Of a stretch of 64,000 nucleotides of DNA, positions 39,036 to 51,386 are shown piece by piece. The DNA lies in contig NC_135816.1 in assembly GCF_964213995.1 (NCBI RefSeq), positions 80,414,001 through 80,478,000 on the forward strand, in the 5' to 3' direction. The position numbers and the translations under genes are program-made. The notes under the pieces were generated by a model that was not told where the DNA came from, searched no databases, and saw only the letters and a list, made by a program, of their open reading frames with translations. The stretch is from Mustelus asterias. Lineage: Eukaryota. Position 1 is the first letter of the stretch. Every line of letters begins with the position of its first letter.

Positions 39036-39173
39036 AAACTGACTCATCTGGAAGTTTCCCGTATGAAATAACAGGATATGTAGCAGTGCCCATCATCATC
39101 ATCCTGCTCATCTTTTGCTATTGTTCCTGGAAGAATAAAGCTGCATTAAGGAAAAACTGTTGTATACATGAAG
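39036..39173 (+). CDS. SLAM-family receptor exon 4 (stalk plus transmembrane ITGYVAVPIIIILLIFCYCSW plus KNK)
   Basis: TTCAG| acceptor in phase with exon 3; hydrophobic helix followed by basic residues; donor AAG|GCAAGT. Confidence 0.85.
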
Positions 39174-39239
39174 GCAAGTTTTGGAAATACTTCTCTATGT
39201 TTGGGAGACTCATGATCCTGTGACAGGGAGAATTGCAGC

Positions 39240-40080
39240 AGTGGATGGCGTAGGAGTGAGGTGGATGGGAGAGAGTGAGGTGAATGGGATGAGTGAGGGG
39301 AATTGGAGGGAGTGAGGAGGATGGGAGGAAGTAAGGTGAATGGGAGGAGTGAGGGGAATGGGAGGGAATGAGGGAAAATTGAGGGAGTGAGGGTTGAGCA
39401 GAATGGGAGGGAATTACGGGAATGTGAGGATAGAGAGAAATGCAGGGAGTGAGGCAAACAGGAGGGAATGAGGGAAATTGAGGGAGCGAAGGGGAAGGGA
39501 GGAAGTGAGGGGAATGGGAGGAGGGAAATTGGGGAGCGAGGGGAATGGGAGGGAATGAGGGTGAAGTGGTAATGGGGAAGTGACTGACTGAACATGACGG
39601 GTGGCAGAGTTTGTGGGAGAATTGTGAGGAAGTTGCCCAGTGGGAAGAGGCAGGAGTGTAGCTGACTGCAGAAGAACACGTAGAAGCATGATTGGAGACG
39701 GCAGGGGATGAGGGTCAAGGGAAGGAGTGGTCTCGTGAAAAGAGGGGAGGATTGGCGAAGGCACAGCGTGAGGGAGTTGGGGAGATGGGAACAAGAGAGC
39801 AAGGGGCAGCAGAAGAGGACACAGAGCAAGAGGGAACAAGGGAGGAATGGGCAGGGATGAAATCTCAGGGGACCAGATAGGTTGCGGTAGAGTTTTGGCA
39901 GCTGGTTAAGAATGAGGTGCCACAGGGAAGGGGGCAAGAATTGTGAGGCAGGAATGGAGAGGACATGAAAGGAAGGGCATCGGAGGAGAGCACAAGGTTG
40001 GAGGGAGCAGCAGTGAGAAGACAGGACAGCATGGACAGGTTGTGGAGAGGTGGAGGGGGAGTGGGGAGTGAAGAGGAGGG
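39240..40080. repeat. Purine-rich low-complexity intron sequence
   Basis: GAGGGAATG-like degenerate repeats. Confidence 0.8.
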
Positions 40081-40149
40081 ACATGTACGATGAGGTTTCA
40101 TTGACGAACTCCCACGTTACTCACTATTGTCTATTCTTTCCTTTCAAAG

Positions 40150-40271
40150 GTTCGAATAAGTCGGGAAGTGTGCAGGATCCCACAGGTCCTGAGTCACAGA
40201 CCATTTATGCGTGCGTGCAGGCAGGGAAAAGTCATGGAGAGCAACGCCCTTCCCCAGAAGGAAATGAGATG
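40150..40271 (+). CDS. SLAM-family receptor exon 5 (cytoplasmic, ITSM TIYACV)
   Basis: Pyrimidine tract plus AAG| acceptor in phase 1; donor ATG|GTAATG in phase 0. Confidence 0.85.
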
Positions 40272-40614
40272 GTAATGGGAAATAGGACACACATTTCACC
40301 CCCAGGGCCCGTACATTCACTGGATTCCTGATTCCCACTCAATATCTAACAATCTCCTCATTGGAACCTCACCTGCTGTACTGAATCCCGGAAATGCACG
40401 GATAGCAAGATTCCAGTGTTCCAATGAAGCCTAAGGTTGCCTCACCTGTCTAAATAACATCCAAGACTGAGAATGGCAAGGGTGGTGGTTAGCGTGGAAA
40501 CAGCAAAAGCTCCAAATCCCCTCCAAAATCTCTCTCAGGCACACACACATCATCCCAATCATGATATGTATCGACAATTCCTTCATTGTCACTGGGCAAA
40601 CTCCCTCCTAAACA

Positions 40615-41315
40615 GCACTGAGGCATGTTCAATGAGATTACCTTCACTGGATCCCCCACTCTCAACATCCTGGGTGTTACCGTTGACCAGAAACTGAACT
40701 GGACCAGCCATAAAATACTGTCGCTATAAGAGCAGGTCAGAGGCTGGGAATCCTGTGGTGAGTAACTCACCTCCTGACTCTCCAAAACTTGTCCACCTTC
40801 TACAAGACACAAGTCAGGAGCGCGATGGAATACTGTCCACTTGCCTGGATGAGTGCAGCTCCAACACTCAAGAAGCTTAATGCCATCCAGGACAAAGCAG
40901 TCCCGCATGATTGTTGTCCCGTCCACAAACATCCACTCCCTCCATCACCGATGTACAGTGAAAGCCGTGTGCACCATCTACAAGATGCACTGCAGGAACT
41001 CACCAAGGTTCCTTGGGCAGCATCTTCCAAACCCACAGCCACTACCATCAAGAGGGACAAGAGCAACAGATACCTGGGAACACCAGCACCTGGAGGTTCC
41101 TGTCCAAGTCACTCACCATCCCGACTTTCCATCACTGCAGCTGGGTCAAAATCCTGGAATTCCCTCCCTAACAGCACTGTGGGTGTACCTACACCACATG
41201 GACTGCAGCAGTTCAGGAATGCAGCTCACCATCACCTTCTCAAGGGGCAATTAGGGATGGGCAATAAATGCTGACTGAGCCAGAGAGGCCCACATCCTGT
41301 GAACAAATAAATAAA
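40615..41315 (+). mobile_element. LINE 3' fragment (RT C-terminus plus tail)
   Basis: YKTQVRSAMEYCPLAW; WNSLP; A-rich tail. Confidence 0.85.
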
Positions 41316-41321
41316 AGTTGT

Positions 41322-41967
41322 GGGCAGAATCTTCCCAAAAATGCAAGAAAACTAGCGTGAAACCTGTAACTGCACGGCTGACTTTTCCTATTGTATTAAA
41401 CAACACTCATGCAATTTCAAAGGGGAAGTGAGAATCAGGCAGTCAGCTGCCAGGGTGGGGCTGAAAAAGTCAGCAAGGCCAAGAATCCCAAGATCGACCC
41501 CCTTTTTAAAGGGCCGCCTATCTCTGATTTAGGTAAAAGGACCCCCTCCCACAAGGATCTGAGTGACCCATCCCACTATTAGCATCGACACACACACCCT
41601 TCCCTCTCCCCCTCCCTCCACAAGGCATCAGTGCATTTCTACTGCATTCCCTGCCACCCTCACCGCCTGGGGGCTCTATTTATCTTTGCACTCCCGACCT
41701 GGTCATCACGACTGTTTTTGCTTTTGTCAACCAGTAGTGATTAGTGCCAGTGTGTCGTCTCATCGCCTGGGTGGGACGTTACAACGAGGGGGGATGTCGC
41801 GGCAGTAAGCACACTAATTATATTATAATGTGTTATAATATCTGCTAATCAGGCTCGCACCCTTCCACACGACCTCCTCATGTCATCGCAGGGGACAGGT
41901 AAGATCTCGTTCTGAGATCTCGCCGGCACAAATCCAGATTTTGGCTTCTTGCTGAGATTTAACGGCC
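41322..41967. mobile_element. Probable MITE-like element
   Basis: GGGCAGAATCT start and AGATTTAACGGCC end, resembling the other GGG-TIR elements here. Confidence 0.4.
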
Positions 41968-42053
41968 ATTTCAGTATTTGTGCCCACGGATAAGGGGGTT
42001 CTTAGATCACAGCCATTTCTTCTTTCAAAAATATTTCTCTGCTTTTTCTTTAG

Positions 42054-42149
42054 GTTCCAAAGCAGTCAGAGTGCTTGGAAATGCCACTCACAGTCTACGA
42101 TACGATCAGGAACCCTGGAGTGCCAGAGCCTGAACTGCTGGATAAATAA
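42054..42149 (+). CDS. SLAM-family receptor exon 6 (ITSM TVYDTI, stop)
   Basis: TTTTTCTTTAG| acceptor in phase 0; VPKQSECLEMPLTVYDTIRNPGVPEPELLDK*. Confidence 0.85.
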   Translation, partial: VPKQSECLEMPLTVYDTIRNPGVPEPELLDK

Positions 42150-42516
42150 TGTGATTAAGTTCTACCCAGTTCAAACCAGGATGGGTTCAGATTTCTGCCT
42201 GCTCTGTGTTGTGTGAACTGAACCGAGCCTGTCTCGACAGGAAGCAAGGCTACGACTCGACTTTGCTCCCAGAACATAGCATCTCACCTATGCCAGATTT
42301 TTTAAATTACTTATTTCATAAGGCCCTTCAATTTGTTTTTGACACCCTCTTGCTATCGCCTCTATAACTCTTATAGGAACCCACCGCAAGAACCCCCTCC
42401 GATGGCACCGTTAGATCCTACTGGCAGGAATAGCTGGAAAATCCCATCCATTGTAATCAAATGTGTGCTTAAGACAGAGTGACACAAGAATATAGATATG
42501 TGTCTACATTCATTTT

Positions 42517-42522
42517 AATAAA
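42517..42522 (+). terminator. Candidate polyadenylation signal AATAAA
   Basis: About 370 nt after the stop, at the end of unique sequence. Confidence 0.55.
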
Positions 42523-42901
42523 CAAGGACATAAGGACATGCGGAATTAGAACGGGAGTGAACCACACAGCCTCCTCAAACTTGCTCCACCATTCCATATG
42601 ATCATTGCTGAATTACTACCTCAGATCCACCCAGTCTCCGAGAGACTAATAACCTGTTTGACTCAGCCTGAAATATTCAAGAATGGAGCATCCACAAACC
42701 CCTGGGGACAGCATTCCAAAAATTCACAATTCTCTGACTGAAGAAATTGCTCCTCATCTCAGTCCTAAATGACCATCTTTTAAGATTGTCTCACCATTCC
42801 AGATTCTCCAGCCAGCGGGAAACAGCCTCTAGTGTCTACCCTGTCAAGTCCCTTCATAATCTCAGAGTGAACGGTATTGTCATTGGGCTAGTAATCAGAG
42901 G

Positions 42902-42986
42902 CTAATGTTCTGGGGCACTAGGTTAAAATCTAATGTTCTGGGGCCCTAGGTTAAAATCTAATGTTCTGGGGCCCTAGGTTAAAATC
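42902..42986. repeat. 28-bp triplication inside a SINE head
   Basis: CTAATGTTCTGGGGCCCTAGGTTAAAAT x3. Confidence 0.9.
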
Positions 42987-43102
42987 CCACTCCAGCGACA
43001 GCTGAATTTAAATTCAATTAATAAAAATCTGAGATTAAAAGTGAGTCTAATGATGATCACAAAAACCATTGTCAATTGTCATACAAACCCATCTGGTTTA
43101 CA

Positions 43103-45262
43103 CATTATGATGCAATCAGGCGGGAATTAGGAAGCATAGGATGGGAACAAAAATTGTCAGGCAAAGGCACTAATGATAAGTGGAACTTTTTCAAGGAACA
43201 AATACTGCGTGTCCTTGATAGGTGTGTTCCTGCCAGGCAGAGAGGAAATGGCCGAGTGAGGGAACCATGGTTCACAAAAGAGGTGGAATGTCTTGTCAAG
43301 AGGAAGAAGGAAGCGTATGTAAGGTTGAGAAAACAAGGTTCAGTTGGCTCGATGGAGGGTTACAAGTTAGCAAGAAATGAGCTGAAAAAGGGGCTTAGGA
43401 GAGCTAGGAGGGGGCATGAGAAGTCCTTGGCGGGTTGGATCAAGGAAAACCCCAAGGCTTTTTACTCTTATGTGAGGAATAAAAGAATGACCAGGGTGAG
43501 GTTGGGGCCGGTCAAGGACGGCAGTGGGAAGCTGTGCATGGAGTCAGAAGAGATAGGAGAGGTGATGAATGAATACTTTTCTTCGGTGTTCAGCAAGGAG
43601 AGGGGCCATGTTTTTGAGGAAGAGAGGGTGTCACAGGCTGATAGGCTGCAGGAAGTAGATGTTCGGAGGGAAGATGTACTAGCAATTTTGAATAAACTGA
43701 AAGTTGATAAGTCCCCTGGGCCTGATGAAATATATCCTAGGATTCTTTGGGAGGCAAGGGATGAGATTGCAGAGCCTTTGGCATTGATCTTTGGGTCCTC
43801 ACTGTCCACGGGGGTGGTGCCAGAGGACTGGAGAGTGGCGAATGTTGTTCCTCTGTTTAAGAAAGGGAATAGAAATGACCCTGGTAATTATAGGCCGGTT
43901 AGTCTTAATTCGGTGGTCGGTAAGTTGATGGAAAAGGTCCTTAGGGATAGGATTTACGACGATTTAGAAAGATGCAGCTTAATCTGGGATGGTCAGCATG
44001 GATTCGTGAAGGGCAAGTCTTGCCTCACAAATTTGATTGAATTTTTTGAGGAGGTAACTAAGTGTGTAGATGAAGGTAGTGCAGTTGATGTCATATACAT
44101 GGATTTTAGTAAGGTGTTTGATAAAGTCCCCCACGGTCGGCTTATGAAGAAAGTAAGGATGTGTGGGATAGAGGGAAGTTTGGCCGATTGGATAGGTAAC
44201 TGGCTATCTAACAGAAGACAGAGGGTAGTGGTGGATGGAAAATTTTCAGACTGGAAACCGGTTACCAGCGGAGTGCCACAGGGATCAGTGCTTGGTCCTC
44301 TGCTATTTGTAATTTTTATAAATGACTTGGAGGAGGGGGCTAGAAGGGTGGATCAGTAAATTTGCTGATGACACCAAGATTGGTGGAGTAGTGGATGAGG
44401 TGGAGGGCTGTTGTAGGCTGCAACGAGATATAGATAGGATGCAGAGCTGGGCTGAAAAATGGCAAATGGAGTTTAACCCTGACAAATGCGAGGTGATTCA
44501 TTTTGGTAGGACAAATTTAAATGTGGATTACAGGGTCAAAGGTAGGGTTCTGAAGAATGTGGAGGAACAGAGAGATCTTGGGGTTCATATCCATAGATCT
44601 CTGAAGGTTGCCACTCAAGTGGATAGAGCCGTGAAGAAGGCCTATAGTGTGTTGGCGTTCATTAACAGGGGGTTTGAGTTTAAGAGCCATGGGGTTATGC
44701 TGCAACTGTACAGGACCTTGGTGAGACCACATTTGGAATATTGTGTGCAGTTCTGGTCACCTCACTACAAGAAGGATGTGGAGACACTGAAAAGAGTGCA
44801 AAGGAGATTTACCAGGATGCTGCCTGGTTTGGAGGGTAGGTCTTATGAGGAAAGGTTGAGGGAACTTGGGCTTTTCTCTTTGGAGCGGAGGAGGTTGAGA
44901 GGAGACTTGATAGAGGTTTATAAGATGATGAAGGGGATAGATAGAGTGAACGTTCAAAGACTATTTCCTCGGGTGAATGGAGCGGTAACTAGGGGGCATA
45001 ACTATAGGGTTCATGGTGGGAGATATAGGAAGGATGTCCGAGGTAGGTTTTTTACTCAGAGAGTGGTTGGGGTGTGGAATGGACTGCCTGCAGGGATAGT
45101 GGAGTCAGAAACTTTAGGAACATTTAAGAAGCTATTGGATAGGCACATGGAGCACTTCAGGATGATAGGGAAGAAATAGCTTGATCTGGGTTTCAGACAA
45201 AGCTCGGCACAACATCGTGGGCCGAAGGGCCTGTTCTGTGCTGTATTGTTCTATGTTCTATG
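43103..45262 (+). mobile_element. Young 5'-truncated CR1 LINE (RT), one frameshift, inserted in a SINE
   Basis: ORFs 43076-44359 and 44322-45179 ([28 protein letters not shown]); (GTTCTAT)n tail. Confidence 0.97.
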
Positions 45263-45419
45263 TCCCTTTCGGGAAGGGAATCTGCCACCCTTGGTTGGTC
45301 TGGCCTACATGTGACTCCAGGCCCACAGCAATGTCATTGAATCTTAACTTCCCAGTGAAATGTCCGCAAGTCACTCAGGTCAAAGGCAATTGGGGATAGG
45401 CAACAAATTCTACCCACTC

Positions 45420-46155
45420 CGTCATATCAAACTGCTGTGGAGTCAAAAAGGAATTAAACCGGATGGACCAAAATGACAAAGGCAAACCCAACCGTGTTCA
45501 CCCTGCAAAGTCGTCTTTACTAGTATTTGGGGCTCTCACAGACTAGTCAAGCAACAGCCTGACACAGTCATGCTCATGGAATTATATCTTACAAATAATA
45601 TCCCAGACACCACCATCACCATTCCTCACTATGTCTTATCCCACCAGCAGAACAGACCCAGCAGAGGTACCAGCAGAGTGCTATACAGTAGGGGAGGAGT
45701 TGCCCTGGGAGTCCTGACCACCGACTATGGACCACATGAAGTTTCATGGCACAGGTCAAACATTGGCAAGGAAAATTCCTGCTGATTACTACATACTGTT
45801 CCTTCTCAGCTGGTGAATCAGTACTCCTCCATATTGAATGCCACTTGGAGGAAGCACTGAGGGTGGCAAGAGTACAGAATGTACTCTGGGTGGGGACTTC
45901 AATATCCATCACCAAGTACCAAAGCAGACTGAGCTGGCTGTGTCCTAAAGGACATAACTTCTAGGCTGGGACTGTGGCAGGTGGTGAGAGAACCAACAAG
46001 AGGAAAGAACATACTTGACCTCATCCTCACAAACCTGCCAGCTGCAGATGCATCTGTACATGAGAGCATCGATAGGAGTGGCCACCACAAAGTCTTTGTG
46101 GAGACAAAATCGCATCTTCACATTGAGGATCCCCTCCATCATGTTGTGTGCTAAT
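45420..46155 (+). mobile_element. LINE 5' region / APE endonuclease remnant
   Basis: LLITTY, VLWVG, EPTRGKNILDLILTN-like sequence. Confidence 0.7.
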
Positions 46156-46883
46156 AGCATCATTAACCAACAGAGCCACCTTTTCCTCACTTCCTGTCCT
46201 TCCTAAATATTGTTTACCCTTTAATATTCAGGTCGAGATCCATGTCGTTTTAGAGCCATGGCCATCAAATCATACTTATTTATTGCTATATGCGCTCTCA
46301 GTTCACCTGTTTTTGTTTTGAATGCTACATAAATTTAGATAGTGATTTTAGTGTTAGTTTGTACTCTCTTTCCTGATGTCACAGTCTGTTTTTCATTTCC
46401 TGTAATAATGCCTTTCTCTTTGGCCTTGTCTTTGCTCATTGAATTACCACATTTTTCCAAATTTGACTCCTTGCCCCTCCTTGCCTTGTTTAAAATCCTC
46501 TTTATGCCCCAAGTTAAGTGGCTTGCAAGAATACTGGTCCCATCATGGTTTGTGTGAAGACGGTCCCAATGGTACAGCCCCCATTTTCCTCAGTACTGAT
46601 ATCAGTGCCCTACAAATCAGAACTCACTTCTCCCAAACCACGCTTTGAGCTATGCATTCACCTCTATTATCTGATTTGTCCAATGCCAATTTGCATGCGG
46701 CTCAAGTAATAATCCAGAGATTGTGACTTGGGGTTCTGCTTCTTAATTTGGTGCCTAGGTCCTCGTACTGATCATGCAGAATTTCCTTCTTTGTCCTGTC
46801 TATGTCATTTGTTCTCCACCTCCCATTGCAAGTTGCTCTCCAACATTGAGCAAGTGTCCAGAACCCTGGTACTGGGCAGGTAA

Positions 46884-49806
46884 TCAAGTTTCACAGACAT
46901 CAAGTTTCTACAAAGATGCAAGAAAGCAGACAAGATACCGAAAGGACTACAGATCACGAACCCACTCAGGTCAACCTTTAACACAGACTACGCTGAGACA
47001 CTTTGCCATCGCACCTTTCTCACGCTCCTCAACCACCTCATACACCAGCTCTACAGCAAACGCCGCAGCCTGGAAACCAAGATCGAATCCATATTCTCAA
47101 CTTACGCTCAGGACGCAGACCAGCTGTGAAACTTTGCCAAGCAGACGAGACAAAGGAACTACACCATCTACATGCACACCAAGAACAGGAAACTTGAGAA
47201 ACTCGGCATCACCACCAGCAGCAACCAAGTCTCCCCCGGTACCACAGTAGAAAACAGTACCACTGCAGGAAAGTCCATTGTCAACTTGTCGGACTACACA
47301 CTTCAGCCAGATGAAATCGAAGTTCTCAGCCGAGGGCCCAATTTTTGCCCCACCACTAAAATAGACCCCATCAGTCTCGCAGCAGACACAGAGGAATTCA
47401 TCAGGTGAATGAGGCTGTGGCAGTTCTTCCATAAACCCCAAGAGGCCAACAGCGAACACAATGAGACAGCCAATGAACCGGAACAGCTGACAGAGAGATC
47501 CGCAGTGCATCCGAAGAGGAAAGAGTCGAATTAGATTCCTCCGGAAGGCCGCTGCCCTCGACTTGACATGTATGCCCAAGCCATCAGGAGGTGCGTCAAC
47601 ACCAAATTCATCGGCCGCACTCACAAGACAGCTCTGAACATCATCCAAGTACAACGCAATGCCATCTGCGCTCTCAAGACCAACCGCAACATTGTCATCA
47701 AACCAGCAAAGGAGGGGCCATTGTCATACTGAACAGAACGGATTACTGCAAAGAAGTGTACCAACAACTGAACAACGAGGAACACTACAGACAGTTACCC
47801 ACAGATCTGACCAAAGAACACACCCATCAACTCAACACTCTGATCAAGATCTTTGATCCGGACCTTCGGAGCACCCTCCGTGCTCTCATCCCATGTACCC
47901 CCGGCGTTGGAGATCTCTACTGCCTCCCGAAGCTACACAAGGCAAACACACCTGGCCGTCCCATCGTATCGGGCAAAGGGACCCTGTGCGAGAACCTCTC
48001 CGGCTATGTCGAGGGCATCCTGAAACCCATTGTACAAAGAACCCCCAGCTTTTGTCGCGACTGACGGACTTCCTACAGAAACTCAGCACACATGGAGCAG
48101 TTGAACCAGGAGCACTCCTCGTCATAATGGATGTCTCGGCATTCTACACCAGCATCCCCCACGATGGCGGCATTGCTGCAACGGCCTCAGTGCTCAGCGC
48201 CGACAACTGCCAGTTTCCAGATGCAATTTTACAACTCATCCGCTTCATCCTGGACCACAATGTTTTCACCTTCAACAACCAGTTCTTCATCCAGACACAC
48301 GGAACAGCCATGGGGACCAAATTCAAACCTCAATATGCTAACATCTTCATGCACAGGTTCGAACAAGACTTCTTCACCGCACAGGACCTTCAACCGATGC
48401 CATACACTAGATACATCGATGACATTTTCTTCCTTTGGACTCATGGTGAACAATCACTGAAACAACTATATGATGACATCAACAAGTTCCATCCCACCAT
48501 CAGACTCACTGTGGACTACTCTCCAGAATCGGTTGCATTTTTGGACACACACATCTCCATTAAGGACGGTCACCTCAGCACCTCACTGTACCGCAAGCCC
48601 ATGGATAACCTCACGATGCTCCACTTCTCCAGCTTCCACCCTAAACACGTTAAAGAAGCCACCCCTTAAGGACAAGCCCTCCGTATACACAGGATCTGCT
48701 CGGATGAGGAGGATCGCAACAGACACTTCCAGACGCTGAAAGATGCCCTCATAAGAACAGGATATGGCGCTCGACTCATCGATCAACAGTTCCGCGCGCC
48801 ACAGCGAAAAACCGCACCGACCTCCTCAAAAGACAAACACGGGACACAGTGGACAGAGTACCCTTCGTCGTCCAGTACTTCCCCGGAGCGGAGAAGCTAC
48901 AGCATCTCCTCCGGAGCCTTCAACATGTCATTGATAAAGACGAACATCTCACCAAGGCCATCCCCACACCCCCACTTCTTGCCTTCAAACAACCGCACAA
49001 CCTCAAACAGACCATTGTCCGCAGCAAACTACCCAGCCTTCAGGAGTACAGTGACCACGAAACCACACAACCCTGCCACAGCAACCTCTGCAAGACGTGC
49101 CAGATCATCGACACGGATGCCATCATCTCACGTGAGAACACCATCCACCAGGTACATACTCTTGCAACTCGGCCAATGTTGTCTACCTGAAAAGCTGCAG
49201 GAAAGGATGTCCCGAGGCCTGGTACATTGGGAAAACGACGGATGAATGAACACCGCTCGACAATCACCAGGCAAGACTGTTCTCTTCCTGTGGGGGAGCA
49301 CTTCAGCGGTCACGGGCATTCAGCCTCTGATCTCCGGGTAAGCATTCTCCAAGGCGGCCTTCACAACACACGACAGCGCAGAGTCGCTGAGCAGAAACTA
49401 ATAGCCAAGCTCCGCACACATGAGGACGGCCTCAACCAGGATCTTGGGTTCATGTCACACTATCTGTAACCCCCACAGCTTGTCTGGACTTGCAGAATCT
49501 CACTGGCTGTCCTGTTTGGAGACAATACACATCTCTTTAACCTGTGCTTAATGCTCCCTCCATTCACATTGTTTGTACCTTTAAGACTTGATTATCTGTA
49601 AAGACTGCATTCCAATCATTATTCTCTAAATTGAGTTTGTGTCTCTGTATGCCCTGTTTGTGAGCATTTCTCCACTCCACCTGACGAAGGGGCAACGCTC
49701 CGAAAGCTAGTGGCATTTGCTACCAAATAAACCTGTTGGACTTTAACCTGGTGTTAAACTTCTTACTGTGTTTACCCCAGTCCAACGCCGGCATCTCCAC
49801 ATCGTA
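46884..49806 (+). mobile_element. Second long Penelope-like copy (several stops and frameshifts)
   Basis: Highly similar to 22480-25371; 13-bp TSD ACTGGGCAGGTAA at 46871-46883 and 49807-49819. Confidence 0.97.
49677..49713 (+). ncRNA. Hammerhead ribozyme motif
   Basis: CCAC-CTGACGA-A-GGGGC-AAC-GCTCC-GAAA-GC-TA-GTGG. Confidence 0.75.
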
Positions 49807-51017
49807 ACTGGGCAGGTAACACAGACATTTGGATTCTCACTTTTTATTGCAGAGAACAGTGTCAATCCTTCTCATTATACTGTCCCCTACAACCACTAAA
49901 TTTCTGTACCACTGTGCCATGGCCAGTTAGCTCATCCACTCTGCAGCCTCCACTCTCGTCCAAACAAGCTGAGAGAACCTCAAACCCTGTTTCAGAATTA
50001 TAAAGGCTGAATCTACTGTGCTTCTGCCCTCTGAGTCCCCTTATCTGCCTCACTTGCAGCCATACATTCCCGTCCTTGACTACTGACCAAATCAGAAAGC
50101 TCTATCCAAAGAGGTGTGACTGCCTCCTGATATAAAGAATCCAGGTAGCTTTCCCATTACCTGATGCATTGCAGTGTCTGTAGTTCACCCTCCAGCTCAT
50201 ACACTCTGAGCCGAACTGTTCAAACTTCAAATGCTCCAAATGTGTTTGCCCTGGATCACACCGGCATCCAAGGGGCCCTACATGCTGCAGCTGTGACACA
50301 TCTGTACTGCCATCCTTAATGTGCGCGAATTCACTTTAATTACTTTTATTCAATTATGTATTTTGATTTTATATAGTTTGTTAACCTTAGCACCAGTTCC
50401 TGGACTACTTTGAACCTTAGGAATAGAATGAATCATAGTCAACTACCAGTTACTCAGCAAATAACTAGCTTCTTCTTCTGTAGCAGAGTAAGTCCACTTC
50501 CTGGAGACTGAGAAAATTAGAAAGCAAAAGAGCACTTCAGTGCAAAAGGCAAGGTTGAAGCATTTGCTACCATCTTCATGCAGAAGTGCTAAGTAGTCTA
50601 CAGGCACAAGTCAGGAGTGTGATGAAATATTCTCCACTTGCTTGGTTGAGAGCACTCAAGAAGCTTGTGTCAGGAAGTAGAGGTAGTTTTACGTTATTTT
50701 TATTTGCTTGCAGATATCAGAAATAAAGTATAGCTTTTAAGTTTAAGCTTGATTTGTGTTTCTTTATTTATGTGCTGGGAAAGCCAGTCTGTAGTTTGGT
50801 CCAGATGAATGTATTGTATATATTGCTTAATGATGTTAAAGCAAATAGGGTTTAAATAAAATTAGCTTGTTGCTCAGCAACCAAAGGCCACACTGAGACT
50901 GCAAGAGCTTTTGAGTTAATTGTAATCTAGTGCCAATAGCAACTGGGCATAGGACAGGGGACTGCAGACAGCAGATTTCCCAAAAGAATGAACGGAAGTC
51001 CCAGAAATCAAGAAATG

Positions 51018-51386
51018 CAAAGAACAAAGAAAATTACAGGAACAGGCCCTTCGGCCCTCCAAGCCTGCATCGACCATGCTGTCCGACTGAACTAAAACCC
51101 CCTACCCTTCCAGGGACTGTATCTCTCTATTCCCATCCTATTCATTTATTTGTCAAGACGCCCCTAAAAGGTCACTATTGTATCTGCTTCCACTACCTCC
51201 CCCGGCAGCGAGTTTCAGGCACCCACCACCCTCTGTGTAAAGAAGTTGCCTCGTACATCTCCTCGAAACTTTGCCCCTCACACCTTAAACCTGTGCTCCT
51301 TAGTAATTGACTCTTCCACCCTGGGACAAAGCTTCTGACTATCCACTCTGTCCATGCCTCTCATAACCTTGTAGACTTTTATCAGG
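51018..51386 (-). mobile_element. CR1 3' end within an LTR-like sequence (about 50667-51800)
   Basis: Similar to 34266-34630. Confidence 0.8.

Larger units (their letters stand above)
46160..50330 (-). mobile_element. Old CR1 ORF1/ORF2-start remnant, split by a PLE
   Basis: Esterase-like GxND...LGTKLRSRT remnant at 46702-46887; sequence continues after 49820. Confidence 0.6.
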
